DNA from: an uncultured Desulfatiglans sp.
Lineage (GTDB): Bacteria; Desulfobacterota; DSM-4660; Desulfatiglandales; HGW-15
Assembly: GCA_964460435.1 (NCBI GenBank)
Contig: CAYWRH010000005.1
Coordinates: 1,791 to 65,790, forward strand
Reading direction: 5' to 3'
Length of the DNA: 64,000 nucleotides
Shown: in pieces, positions 35,575-44,815 of the stretch
Numbering within the stretch: the stretch's first letter is position 1
Layout: every line of letters starts with the position of its first letter
Notes under the pieces: model-generated
Database searches by the model: none
What the model was told of the DNA's origin: nothing
Seen by the model: only the letters and a program-made list of their open reading frames with translations
Program-made: the position numbers and the translations under genes

Positions 35575-36771
35575 ATGATGGGCAATATATCCCGTACGGT
35601 TTTATGGACAACATTGGCCGTGATTATTTGTTTTCTACTGGCATGGGGTATAAACAGCCATCGCACACAAAGTAAAATACCTGTCAATGAGCATGTGCAG
35701 CAGGGCATTAAGGTTCCGGCCAACCCGGGGGGCAACTGGCCCCAGTTTCATGGCAATCAGTCACAGAGAGGTTTTGTTACGGGTGAACTCCCGGACAGTC
35801 TTAATCCTGTATGGAGATTCAAGGCAGGGGCAGGGGTCAAATCATCCCCTGCAATTGTTGATAATAGGGTATATATCGGTTCCTCAGATAAGCATATGTA
35901 TGCCATAGATGTTCTAACAGGCAAGCAAATCTGGGCAGCACTTCTTGACGGTGAGGTAGAGGCATCTCCCACGGTTATCGACAAAAGGGTCTATATCGGG
36001 ACGCTTGCCGGAACCCTCTATGCGCTTGATTCAGAAACAGGTTCTGAAGGCTGGCGATTCAGCGCCGGCGACAAGCTGACCGGCGGGGTAAACTGGTTCA
36101 GGGGCGAGAGCAACAGACTCTATCTGCTTGCGGGCAGTTACGATTCAATTCTTTATTGTATTGATGCTGTTACCGGAAAGGAGGCCTGGCAATATGAAAC
36201 AGGCAATTACATCAACGGCTCTCCGGCAGTGAATGACAGATACTGTGCCTTTGGCGGATGCGATGCTGTGATACATATTATCAATCTAACCGACGGCAAA
36301 AGGGCCGGTGAGATCGATACGGGCGCTTATATTGCCGCATCTGCCGCTATACAGGATGACCTTGTTTTTGTCGGCAATTATGAGGGTGAGTTATTAAAGG
36401 CATCGCTCTCCACACATGAAACCATATGGCGGTATAGGATTAATAAGGGGGCATTTATCTCTTCCCCTGCTGTTACTGATGACGCAGTAGTAATAGGAGG
36501 GGGAGATATGAATATACACTGTATTGATATAAAAACAGGTATGGCCAGGTGGACATATAAAACCCTGGATGCAGTAAACAGTTCTCCTGTGATTGTCGGT
36601 AACAGGGTTCTTGCCGGGAGTGATGACGGCAGGTTATATATGTTAAACATGGCAGACGGCAAGCTCATATGGTCATATGAAACCGGCAGATCAATAACCT
36701 CTTCCCCTGCTGTGGCAGATGGCATGGTCGTAGTGGGGTGTGATGACGGGATGGTATACTGTTTCAAATGA
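35575..36771 (+). CDS. PQQ/BamB-like beta-propeller repeat protein
   Basis: NWPQFHGN is followed by about 8 repeats of the type 'RVYIGS.DK.MYAID..TGK..W'. An N-terminal hydrophobic anchor is present. Confidence 0.75.
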   Translation: MMGNISRTVLWTTLAVIICFLLAWGINSHRTQSKIPVNEHVQQGIKVPANPGGNWPQFHGNQSQRGFVTGELPDSLNPVWRFKAGAGVKSSPAIVDNRVYIGSSDKHMYAIDVLTGKQIWAALLDGEVEASPTVIDKRVYIGTLAGTLYALDSETGSEGWRFSAGDKLTGGVNWFRGESNRLYLLAGSYDSILYCIDAVTGKEAWQYETGNYINGSPAVNDRYCAFGGCDAVIHIINLTDGKRAGEIDTGAYIAASAAIQDDLVFVGNYEGELLKASLSTHETIWRYRINKGAFISSPAVTDDAVVIGGGDMNIHCIDIKTGMARWTYKTLDAVNSSPVIVGNRVLAGSDDGRLYMLNMADGKLIWSYETGRSITSSPAVADGMVVVGCDDGMVYCFK

Positions 36772-38066
36772 AGATAATACAGATAACACCGGGGTCAGGG
36801 GATAATTTTTACTGTGAGAACTGCCTGAGAGATCAGGCCCTTGTCAGGGCGCTTTTTGCTCAGGGTCATGAGATATTAATGGTGCCCCTTTATCTGCCCA
36901 TTAAACTCGATTCGCAAAAGGTGACTATCAAGGCGCCCATTTTTTACGGGGGCATCAATGTCTATCTGCAGCAGAAATTGGGGTTGTTCCGCAGGAGCCC
37001 CAGGTGGCTGGACAGACTGTTTGATAATCGTTCACTGCTGTCAAGGGTCTCAAAAAAGGCAGGCATGACCCGTTCCCGTGACCTTGGTGAAACCACTATA
37101 TCCATGCTTAAGGGCGAAAATGGTAATCAGGCAAAGGAGCTGGAACGGCTCATTGAATGGCTGTCAAACGATAATGAAAGACCTGATGTGATAATACTCT
37201 CCAACGTGCTTCTGGGAGGGCTTGCAGCGACTCTGAAAAGGCGTCTGAATGTGCCTGTGGTCTGTATGCTTCAGGATGAGGAGGCTTTTATTGACAGCAT
37301 GGATGAGCCTTACAGCAAAGAGGTGTGGAGGCTCATAATGGAATGCTCCCTTGAGATAGATGCCTTTATATCTGTAAGCAGGGCATACACAAAACGTATT
37401 GCCCCAAGGCTTGGTATTTCAGAAGAGAAGATCAATACGGTGTACATGGGCATAGATTTAAATGAATACCCGCCTGCCATAAAGGCGCCTGAAAGGCCGG
37501 TTATAGGTTTTCTTTCACGCATGTGCCCCCTGCGCGGGCTTGATATACTTATTGATACATTTATACTGATCAGACAGAACCCTGAACTGAGGATGTGCCG
37601 GTTACAGATATCAGGAGGCAGATCACAGGCTGATGAGCCTTTTTTAGGAAATATGAAAAAGCGCCTTGAAAAGGAGGGCATTATAAATGATGTGACATTT
37701 ATGCCCGAATTCCTTGGCGAGGGTCGCAGAGAGTGGTTAAAGAGCATTTCTGTGATGTGTGTCCCTGAAAGGGAGGAGGCGGCTTATGGCCTTTTTGCCA
37801 TTGAGGCACAGGCAGCAGGGGTGCCTGTTGTTGTGCCAAAGATAGGCATATTCCCTGAGATGCTTGATCTGACAAAAGGAGGCCTGATTGTTGATCCAAA
37901 TACACCTCAAAATTTTGCAGCAACCCTTACCCCCCTTTTGCTTCACCCTGATATAGCATTCAGCCTCGGACAAAAGGGAAGAAAGGGGATAGAGGCCCAT
38001 TTTGATATACAGAAGAGCTCAAAGAATCTGGTCGGGGTGCTTGAAAAGGTTGTAAAGATGGCATAG
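36768..38066 (+). CDS. glycosyltransferase, GT4 (GT-B fold) family
   Basis: The C-terminal motif is PEREEAAYGLFAIEAQAAGVPVVVPKIG, an E-x7-E type. The start forms an ATGA overlap with the upstream propeller gene. Confidence 0.7.
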   Translation: MKIIQITPGSGDNFYCENCLRDQALVRALFAQGHEILMVPLYLPIKLDSQKVTIKAPIFYGGINVYLQQKLGLFRRSPRWLDRLFDNRSLLSRVSKKAGMTRSRDLGETTISMLKGENGNQAKELERLIEWLSNDNERPDVIILSNVLLGGLAATLKRRLNVPVVCMLQDEEAFIDSMDEPYSKEVWRLIMECSLEIDAFISVSRAYTKRIAPRLGISEEKINTVYMGIDLNEYPPAIKAPERPVIGFLSRMCPLRGLDILIDTFILIRQNPELRMCRLQISGGRSQADEPFLGNMKKRLEKEGIINDVTFMPEFLGEGRREWLKSISVMCVPEREEAAYGLFAIEAQAAGVPVVVPKIGIFPEMLDLTKGGLIVDPNTPQNFAATLTPLLLHPDIAFSLGQKGRKGIEAHFDIQKSSKNLVGVLEKVVKMA

Positions 38067-38131
38067 AGCATAGCGCATAGGGCATAGCGCATAGAGCATA
38101 GGGCATAGCGCATAGGGCATAGGGCAAAGAG
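38062..38131. repeat. 7-bp tandem repeat CATAGNG x10 beginning in the stop codon of the glycosyltransferase
   Basis: Units: catagag catagcg cataggg catagcg catagag cataggg catagcg cataggg cataggg caaagag. Confidence 0.85.
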
Positions 38132-38206
38132 AAAAGAGTAGGATTTTTTAGCTGGGTAAAAGGCTCCCCGCCCCATTGTGCGTGAGGGGTTGGGGGAGGG
38201 GAAGGA

Positions 38207-38899
38207 ATGAAATTCATGCTGGAGTTAATTGATGTAACAAAGGGCTATGGCAGCCCGGGTTTGCCAGGATATGTGGCTGTCCTGAACTCCATAAACCTCA
38301 AACTTAAAGCTATGGATGCTGTTGCCGTGCTTGGGCCGTCAGGGTGCGGGAAGAGCACACTGCTTAATATAATCGGGGCACTTGATAAACCTTCATCGGG
38401 GCAGGTGAAGTTTATGGGGCAGGATCTCTCTACCCTTGATGAACCTGCCCTTGCCCGTATCAGGAACAAGGAGATCGGGTTTGTATTTCAGATGCATCAT
38501 CTTTTGCCCCACTGCACTGTGCTTGAAAATGTGCTTGTGCCGACACTCGCTTACCCTGACAGGGCCAAGAGCAGTTCACTTAAAGAGAGGGCTGTCAGCC
38601 TGATAGAAAGGATGGGGATCAGTGACTGTATGAATCGTCGCCCAGGTGAGATTTCAGGCGGAGAGAGGCAAAGGGCCGCAGTTGCAAGGGCCTTGATCAA
38701 TTCTCCAAAACTGCTTCTGGCCGATGAACCGACCGGGTCGCTTGATCATGAAACAGCAGTAAGCGTGATGGATCTATTAATCAGCCTTAACCGCACAGAG
38801 AATATCACCCTTGTTGTTGTGACCCATGCAAATGACCTGGCGCAGCTGTTTAAAAGGGTTTTCACAATTACTAAAGGCAGGCTTTCAGATGAAAAATAA
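38207..38899 (+). CDS. ABC transporter ATP-binding protein (MacB/LolD/YbbA-type)
   Basis: Walker A GPSGCGKST, signature ISGGERQR and Walker B LLLADEPTGSLD. Confidence 0.9.
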   Translation: MKFMLELIDVTKGYGSPGLPGYVAVLNSINLKLKAMDAVAVLGPSGCGKSTLLNIIGALDKPSSGQVKFMGQDLSTLDEPALARIRNKEIGFVFQMHHLLPHCTVLENVLVPTLAYPDRAKSSSLKERAVSLIERMGISDCMNRRPGEISGGERQRAAVARALINSPKLLLADEPTGSLDHETAVSVMDLLISLNRTENITLVVVTHANDLAQLFKRVFTITKGRLSDEK

Positions 38900-38931
38900 C
38901 AGCTCATGGAAATAGCACTGGGGCATACAGA

Positions 38932-41900
38932 ATGACAATAGTAAGGCTGGCCATAAGGAGTATTATCTTTTATTACAGGATGAATATTGCCCTTATCCTT
39001 TCAGCATCTGTTGCAACTGCAACCCTTAGCGGGGCGCTTTTTGTTGGTGATTCTGTAAAGGCGACACTTAAGCATGCCTTTTATGCTAGGCTTGGAAAAA
39101 CAGTTTTTGCTGTAGCTCCAGGTGACAGGTTCTTCACGGAGGGCTTGAGTTACCGGCTTATGAAACAGGGGATTGAAACCGCCCCTGTGCTGAGTATGCC
39201 AGGGATGATAACCCGCGGAGACGGGGCAGTGCGCGTAAACAGGGTAAATGTTTTGGGCATTGATGGCCGGTTTTTCAGTCTGTCCATGGCAGGGAAGGCA
39301 CCTGGAGAGCTTGAAGATGGGGCTGTATTGATAAACACGGCCCTTATGAGACGTCTTGCATCAGGAACAGAGAGTGTTAATGAGGTGGTGCTGCGTTTTG
39401 ATAACCCCCCGCTGATATCACGCAATATTGTGCTTGCGCCATTAAAGGAGAGCACCATATCGGCACGTCTGCCTGTAACAGGAATGGTGGATGACAACCA
39501 TTTCGGCAGATTCAGCCTTGAATCAAATCAGGCAGAGCCATTAAATATATTTGTGCCCATTTCATGGCTGCAGAGAGAGATCAGGCGTGAAGGGGCTATT
39601 AACCTGCTTCTTATCCGGAATAACCCCTTAAAGTATGATGCATCTAAAATAGATAGGGCGATTTCTTCTGAATGGCAGCTTCCAGATGCAGGGGCAGAGC
39701 TGAAGAGCAGGGGAGAAGATGCTGTTGAACTTGTGAGTTCAAGGGTCTTTATTGATACTGCTTTATCTGATGCAGCCCTTAAGGCAGAACCGGATGCCAT
39801 CCCTGTCCTGACCTATTTTGTAAACGGGCTTAAGGCAGGTGACAGGGTTACCCCATATTCCATGGTTACAGCAGCAGAGAGAAAAGGGGAATTTGAGGAC
39901 ATATTTCCTGAAGGCATGAAGGATGATGAGATTGTAATCAATGAGTGGCTCGCTGATGATCTTGAGGCAAAGGTGGGCGATCAACTCATCATCAAGTATT
40001 ACAGGCCTGACGGGTGGCAGAGGCTTGAGGAGGCACAGAGGGCCTTCAGGATATGCCGGATTATCCCCATTGAAGGGGCTGCATCTGATAGAACCCTTGC
40101 GCCTGAGCTGCCGGGGCTCTCTGACGCAGAGAATTGCAGCGAGTGGGATGCATCACTGCCCATAAATCTCGATCTTATCAGGGATAAGGATGAGGCCTAC
40201 TGGGATACATACAGGGGAACGCCAAAGGCATTTGTTACACTTGCTGCGGGAAAGGAGATGTGGGCCAGCTCATATGGCACCTTTACGGCGATCCGTTTTA
40301 AGGCCGGACCAAAGGAAAAGAATGCCATTGAAGAAAATATGATCAGAAGGGCAAATCCGGCGAACATAGGGTTATCTGTAATTCCGGTCTATGAAACCGG
40401 TATAAAGGCAAGCGCCGGAGGAACCGATTTTGGGCAGCTCTTCCTTGGCCTGAGCATGTTTCTGATAATCTCGGGCGTCATCCTTACATGGCTTTTATTC
40501 AGTTTCAGCATTGAAGGGAGAAAAGGTCAGACAGGTATGCTTCTGGCAATAGGCTTTCCTGTGAAACGTCTGAGAAGGCTTTATCTTGCCGAAGGGCTCT
40601 TTATTGCCTTATCAGGCGCCATTATCGGGACCCTGTTCAGCCTTTTATACACGAGGGCGCTCATATTCGGGCTTTCAAATGCATGGCAGGACGCAGTGGC
40701 GGGTATGACTGTTCAATACTCGGTAACAATTGCTTCCGTGTGCATTGGCTTTTTTTCCGGGTTTATTATTGCAATAGTGGCAATGGCCTTTACCCTTAAG
40801 CGGCAGATGAGGTTAGGCGCGCATGACCTATTGGCCGGAAATGAGCCGGTCTGTACAAATAAAGGCAAAACTAACAGAAAGGGAAAAGCAGGGTGGCTAA
40901 TCCCAGCCCTTTTTCTTCTCGGGGCAGCCATGATAATTATTCTGGGCATCTCAGGCGGGAAAAGTGCTGAGACAGGCGCATTTTTCGGCGCAGGCATGCT
41001 GATGCTCTTATCTATTATATTAATGATCAGAACGGTTTTTGCTTTATATGGTAGCAGGCATTCCAGTCGTTTGATTTCCATAAATTCCCTGGCCTTGAGG
41101 AATAATGCACGTAAAAGGGGAAGAAGCCTTGCTGTTATCAGCATGCTTGCATGCGGTCTCTTCATGATTGTTGCAGTGAGCGCTAACCGTAAAAACCCTT
41201 ATGCAGGCTCAGAGATACCTTCATCAGGCACAGGGGGGTTCAGCCTTTACGCTGAGTCTTCTGTGCCGGTATTTCATGACCTTAATTCTCTCTCAGGCAG
41301 GGAACAGTGGGGCATGGATTCATCTGTACTGAAGGGCACAGATATCTTAGGCCTAAGGGTGCTTGAAGGCGATGATGCAAGCTGCCTTAACCTTAACCGT
41401 GTTAATAACCCGCGTATAATAGGGGTTAAGCCGGATTTCCTAACCAAACGAAAGGCCTTTTCATTTCAAACGCTGGATATACCTGAGTATAAGAATAGTC
41501 CGTGGAATATCCTGGAGCACAATTATGGCCATAACACTATTCCCGCTGTGGGAGATTACCCCACTGTATACTGGGGGCTTGGAAAAGAGACTGGGGAGAT
41601 GCTTGTTTACAAAAACAGCAGGGGCGAGGAGGTTAAGGTTCGTATTGCCGGTATGATTGAGAGTTCCATATTGCAGGGGAGCATTGTAATATCAGAAGAA
41701 AATATGCTTGAATATTTTCCGGAGGTGGAGGGTTTCAGGGCATGGCTTATAGATACCCCCATAAATAAAGGCTCTAAGGTAATGGAGCATCTCACAAAAA
41801 GGATGGCAGATGCAGGGTTATCTGTTGAGACATCTGCTGAGCGTCTTGACATCTTTAACCGCATGGAGAATACCTATCTTAACATCTTTCTTGTGCTGGG

Positions 41901-42252
41901 CGGCCTTGGCCTTATCCTTGGTTGTATTGGTCTGGGGCTTATTGTTGCAAGAAACATTTTAGAGCGTCAGGCCGAGCTTGCCATGATGAGGGCAGTGGGT
42001 TTCAGCAGAGGCTCCATTATGAAGATGGTATTTTATGAACACCTGTACCTTCTGGGAGCAGGCCTAATATCAGGGTTTATTTGTGCCTTGATTTCTGTTA
42101 TACCCACAATAAAAACAGTATCAGGAGGGCTTCCCGTCGGGCTGGTACTGATTGTGACCACCCTGACGGGGGTAAGCGGGGTTATCTGGGTGCTGGCATC
42201 AATAATTATTGCACTGAAAGGGGAGATATTGGCCCCTTTAAGAAATGAATAA
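38932..42252 (+). CDS. ABC transporter permease with two FtsX-type modules and two large extracytoplasmic domains (1106 aa)
   Basis: Two sets of FtsX-like TM bundles (about aa 490-620 and aa 980-1100) are each preceded by a TM helix and a soluble domain of about 250-430 aa. It follows the ABC ATPase gene. Confidence 0.8.
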   Translation: MTIVRLAIRSIIFYYRMNIALILSASVATATLSGALFVGDSVKATLKHAFYARLGKTVFAVAPGDRFFTEGLSYRLMKQGIETAPVLSMPGMITRGDGAVRVNRVNVLGIDGRFFSLSMAGKAPGELEDGAVLINTALMRRLASGTESVNEVVLRFDNPPLISRNIVLAPLKESTISARLPVTGMVDDNHFGRFSLESNQAEPLNIFVPISWLQREIRREGAINLLLIRNNPLKYDASKIDRAISSEWQLPDAGAELKSRGEDAVELVSSRVFIDTALSDAALKAEPDAIPVLTYFVNGLKAGDRVTPYSMVTAAERKGEFEDIFPEGMKDDEIVINEWLADDLEAKVGDQLIIKYYRPDGWQRLEEAQRAFRICRIIPIEGAASDRTLAPELPGLSDAENCSEWDASLPINLDLIRDKDEAYWDTYRGTPKAFVTLAAGKEMWASSYGTFTAIRFKAGPKEKNAIEENMIRRANPANIGLSVIPVYETGIKASAGGTDFGQLFLGLSMFLIISGVILTWLLFSFSIEGRKGQTGMLLAIGFPVKRLRRLYLAEGLFIALSGAIIGTLFSLLYTRALIFGLSNAWQDAVAGMTVQYSVTIASVCIGFFSGFIIAIVAMAFTLKRQMRLGAHDLLAGNEPVCTNKGKTNRKGKAGWLIPALFLLGAAMIIILGISGGKSAETGAFFGAGMLMLLSIILMIRTVFALYGSRHSSRLISINSLALRNNARKRGRSLAVISMLACGLFMIVAVSANRKNPYAGSEIPSSGTGGFSLYAESSVPVFHDLNSLSGREQWGMDSSVLKGTDILGLRVLEGDDASCLNLNRVNNPRIIGVKPDFLTKRKAFSFQTLDIPEYKNSPWNILEHNYGHNTIPAVGDYPTVYWGLGKETGEMLVYKNSRGEEVKVRIAGMIESSILQGSIVISEENMLEYFPEVEGFRAWLIDTPINKGSKVMEHLTKRMADAGLSVETSAERLDIFNRMENTYLNIFLVLGGLGLILGCIGLGLIVARNILERQAELAMMRAVGFSRGSIMKMVFYEHLYLLGAGLISGFICALISVIPTIKTVSGGLPVGLVLIVTTLTGVSGVIWVLASIIIALKGEILAPLRNE

Positions 42253-42260
42253 AAGAGTGT

Positions 42261-42340
42261 TTACCGCTGAGACACAGGGCACAGAGAAATGCTGTTTAAA
42301 ATAAATTAACTCTGTGACATCTGCGCCTCTGTGGTGATAA
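42261..42340. repeat. imperfect inverted repeat related to the TTCACC-type elements (CACAGAG units)
   Basis: The left arm is TTACCGCTGAGACACAGGGCACAGAG and the right arm is CTCTGTGACATCTGCGCCTCTGTGGTGATAA. The termini resemble those at 7103-7183. Confidence 0.45.
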
Positions 42341-42373
42341 AACAGTATCAGTATTATGTAAAATGGAATAAGA

Positions 42374-43780
42374 ATGAGTCATCTCTCCAAATATGCAGGC
42401 CTCCTGCCGGTATTTATCATTATTGCCGGAGGCCTCTCTTTACTCTCTCTGCTCCTTCTTCAGGGACGGGGGGCAAATGTCTCCATGCGTTTGCCTCTAG
42501 CCGAGAACAGTGTTATATCATCGGAAGATTCCATCCCGTTTGCGGGTGAGCTGACTCAATCGAGTGGTGTGCCATCGCAGCTACAGGGATCATGGCCCGG
42601 ATTCAGGGGGGCGAATCTTGATGCAATAGTCACGGAAAAAAATTCAGGGGCCTTTAACCTTAACTGGGAAAAAGAGAGGCCAAAAGAGCTGTGGAATATA
42701 GAACTTGGCGAGGGATATGCAGGGGCCGCCGTTAAAAAGGGTCGAGTATATATACTTGACTACGATCAGAAAAAGGAAGGGGATGTTATACGATGCCTCT
42801 CTCTTGATGATGGCAAAGAGATATGGCGCTATTTTTACAGGGTCAAGATAAAGCGCAACCACGGAATGAGCAGGACAATACCATTTGTTACTGAAGAGAG
42901 CGTAATCACAATTGGTCCCAAATGCCATGTTGTCTGCCTTGATGCAGAGACAGGCAACCTTCGCTGGGTAAGGGATCTTGTCAAAGAAGATGGGGCAGAG
43001 GTTCCTGCCTGGTATGCAGGTCAATGCCCTCTTGTTGACGGCAATAAACTGATACTTGGCGTTGGCGGAAAGGATGCCCTTGTTATGGCCCTTGACTGCC
43101 TTACAGGAAAGATCATATGGAAAACACCCAATCCACAGGGCTTCAAGATGACCCACTCCTCTGTTGTTCCAATGCTCCTTGGCAGTGAAAGGTCTTATGT
43201 ATATTGTTCCAGCGGCGGGGTGGTTGGCGTTTCCGCTGAGGACGGAAGGCTTTTATGGCATTATCCTGACTGGCGTATTAACATAGCAAATGTGCCTACC
43301 CCGGTAATTATCGATAAGGAGCGCATATTCCTTTGCGGAGGCTATAACTCTGGCGCAATGATGCTCTCTGTAAAAATGGTTGATAATAATTATATTCCCG
43401 CCCCCATTCTGAGGCTCAATCCAAGGGTCTTTGGATCGGATCAGCAGACCCCGCTTTTTTACAGGGGCTATATATATGGCGTAAGACCGGATCAGCAGCT
43501 TGTATGCATGGATACTGACGGCAACATAAAGTGGACAAGCACATCTTTAAACAAGTTTGGTCTTGGCCCCTATACCATAATAAATGACATGATCTATATT
43601 ATGAATGATGACGGCCTTCTTTCGGTTGTCAAGGCAACGCCTTCGGCCTATGAGCCTGTCACCAGCGCAAAGGTGCTTGAGGGCCATGAGTCTTGGGGGC
43701 CAATGGTCTTTGTATCGGGCAGACTCATTGTACGAGACCTTACGCGCATGAAGTGTCTTGATATTATGAAAGGGGGTTAA
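42374..43780 (+). CDS. PQQ/BamB-like beta-propeller repeat protein with N-terminal anchor
   Basis: A TM helix is followed by WPGFRGANLD and propeller repeats. It is clearly paralogous to 34087-35385 (LGEGYAGAAVKKGRVYILD versus LGEGFGGAAISKGKVYVYD). Confidence 0.7.
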   Translation: MSHLSKYAGLLPVFIIIAGGLSLLSLLLLQGRGANVSMRLPLAENSVISSEDSIPFAGELTQSSGVPSQLQGSWPGFRGANLDAIVTEKNSGAFNLNWEKERPKELWNIELGEGYAGAAVKKGRVYILDYDQKKEGDVIRCLSLDDGKEIWRYFYRVKIKRNHGMSRTIPFVTEESVITIGPKCHVVCLDAETGNLRWVRDLVKEDGAEVPAWYAGQCPLVDGNKLILGVGGKDALVMALDCLTGKIIWKTPNPQGFKMTHSSVVPMLLGSERSYVYCSSGGVVGVSAEDGRLLWHYPDWRINIANVPTPVIIDKERIFLCGGYNSGAMMLSVKMVDNNYIPAPILRLNPRVFGSDQQTPLFYRGYIYGVRPDQQLVCMDTDGNIKWTSTSLNKFGLGPYTIINDMIYIMNDDGLLSVVKATPSAYEPVTSAKVLEGHESWGPMVFVSGRLIVRDLTRMKCLDIMKGG

Positions 43781-43784
43781 AATC

Positions 43785-44783
43785 ATGAAGGATAAAAATC
43801 AGACCCGTCGTGACTTTTTAAGGGATGTGGCTGTCAGGGGCCCTGTGGCCGCCCTTGGAGGGCTTGTCTCTATCGGGTTATCAAAGGATATTATGGCTAA
43901 AGAACCTGTCAGCATGACAGAAATCGATCCTGAAATGATCCTTTATAAGGAGATAATTAAACCCGCAGCCACAGGTTTTACAGAATCGCGCAGCATATCA
44001 GCAGATAGTGCAGGTTTTATTTATCTGGCAGGAGACAGGGGGATAAAGGTAATGGACTATGCGGGCGCAATAAGGGAGACTATTGATCTTGATGTTTCTC
44101 CATATTGTCTGATCCCCGGGGAAAAAAGATATTATATTGCCTTAAAAGAGAGGATAATTATTACAGATAGAAATGGTAAGAGAGAATCCGAATGGCCTCT
44201 CCTTGGTGATAATTCATGGATTACAGCTATTGCTATGGATGATGAGCATATGTTTATTGCCGATGCAGGCCAGCGGATTGTCTTATGTTATGATCTCAAG
44301 GGTAATTTTATCCGCAGGATCGGAGATAAAAATTTTGACAGGGATATCCCCGGTTTTGTGGTTCTTGGCCCCTACTTTGATCTCGCAATTGCCCCGGATG
44401 GCCTGCTGCGTGTGGCAAACCCTGGAAGACACAGGGTTGAGGCATACACGGTTAAAGGAGACCTGGAATTTGCCTGGGGAGAGTTTGGCAACAGGCCTGA
44501 AGATTTTACTGCCTGCTGCAATCCTGTAAGTTTTGCTGTTCTTTCTGACGGCAGCATCATAACATGTGAAAAGGGCATTGCCCGGGTCAAGGTTTATGAT
44601 ACCTTTGGCAAACTCAGGGGTTTTGTGGCAGACCCCAAAGATATGGCAAATATATCTCAACCGGACGGTTTTAAAATAGAGAGGACTCAACGCTACGGCT
44701 TTGATATAGCGGCAGATGATAACGGGCATGTTTTTATACTCGACAGGTCAAGGAATTTGGTAAGGTTTTTTAAACGGAAATAA
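43785..44783 (+). CDS. NHL-repeat six-bladed propeller protein with twin-arginine signal
   Basis: TRRDFLRDVAV is followed by a hydrophobic stretch. Six repeats of the type 'hvfIaD.g..rV..yd..G.f' are present. Confidence 0.6.
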   Translation: MKDKNQTRRDFLRDVAVRGPVAALGGLVSIGLSKDIMAKEPVSMTEIDPEMILYKEIIKPAATGFTESRSISADSAGFIYLAGDRGIKVMDYAGAIRETIDLDVSPYCLIPGEKRYYIALKERIIITDRNGKRESEWPLLGDNSWITAIAMDDEHMFIADAGQRIVLCYDLKGNFIRRIGDKNFDRDIPGFVVLGPYFDLAIAPDGLLRVANPGRHRVEAYTVKGDLEFAWGEFGNRPEDFTACCNPVSFAVLSDGSIITCEKGIARVKVYDTFGKLRGFVADPKDMANISQPDGFKIERTQRYGFDIAADDNGHVFILDRSRNLVRFFKRK

Positions 44784-44815
44784 AGGTTAAAACAGGTTTC
44801 AGACCTGTCTATAAA

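Noticed and set aside
35575-36771. Calling the 398-aa propeller the housekeeping BamB lipoprotein
   Set aside because: There is no lipobox cysteine after the signal/anchor. The gene is coupled to a glycosyltransferase and surrounded by paralogues rather than by BAM or der context.
38062-38131. Possible CRISPR array or minisatellite-encoded peptide
   Set aside because: The unit is only 7 bp with no spacers and no cas genes are nearby. This is a short tandem repeat, not a CRISPR array.
37943-38217. Two minus-strand ORFs (77 and 85 aa) with YALCAMPYALC-type repeats
   Set aside because: They are simply translations of the CATAGNG heptamer array and flanking intergenic DNA. I see no RBS, and the periodic amino-acid pattern follows from the 7-bp repeat read in three frames.
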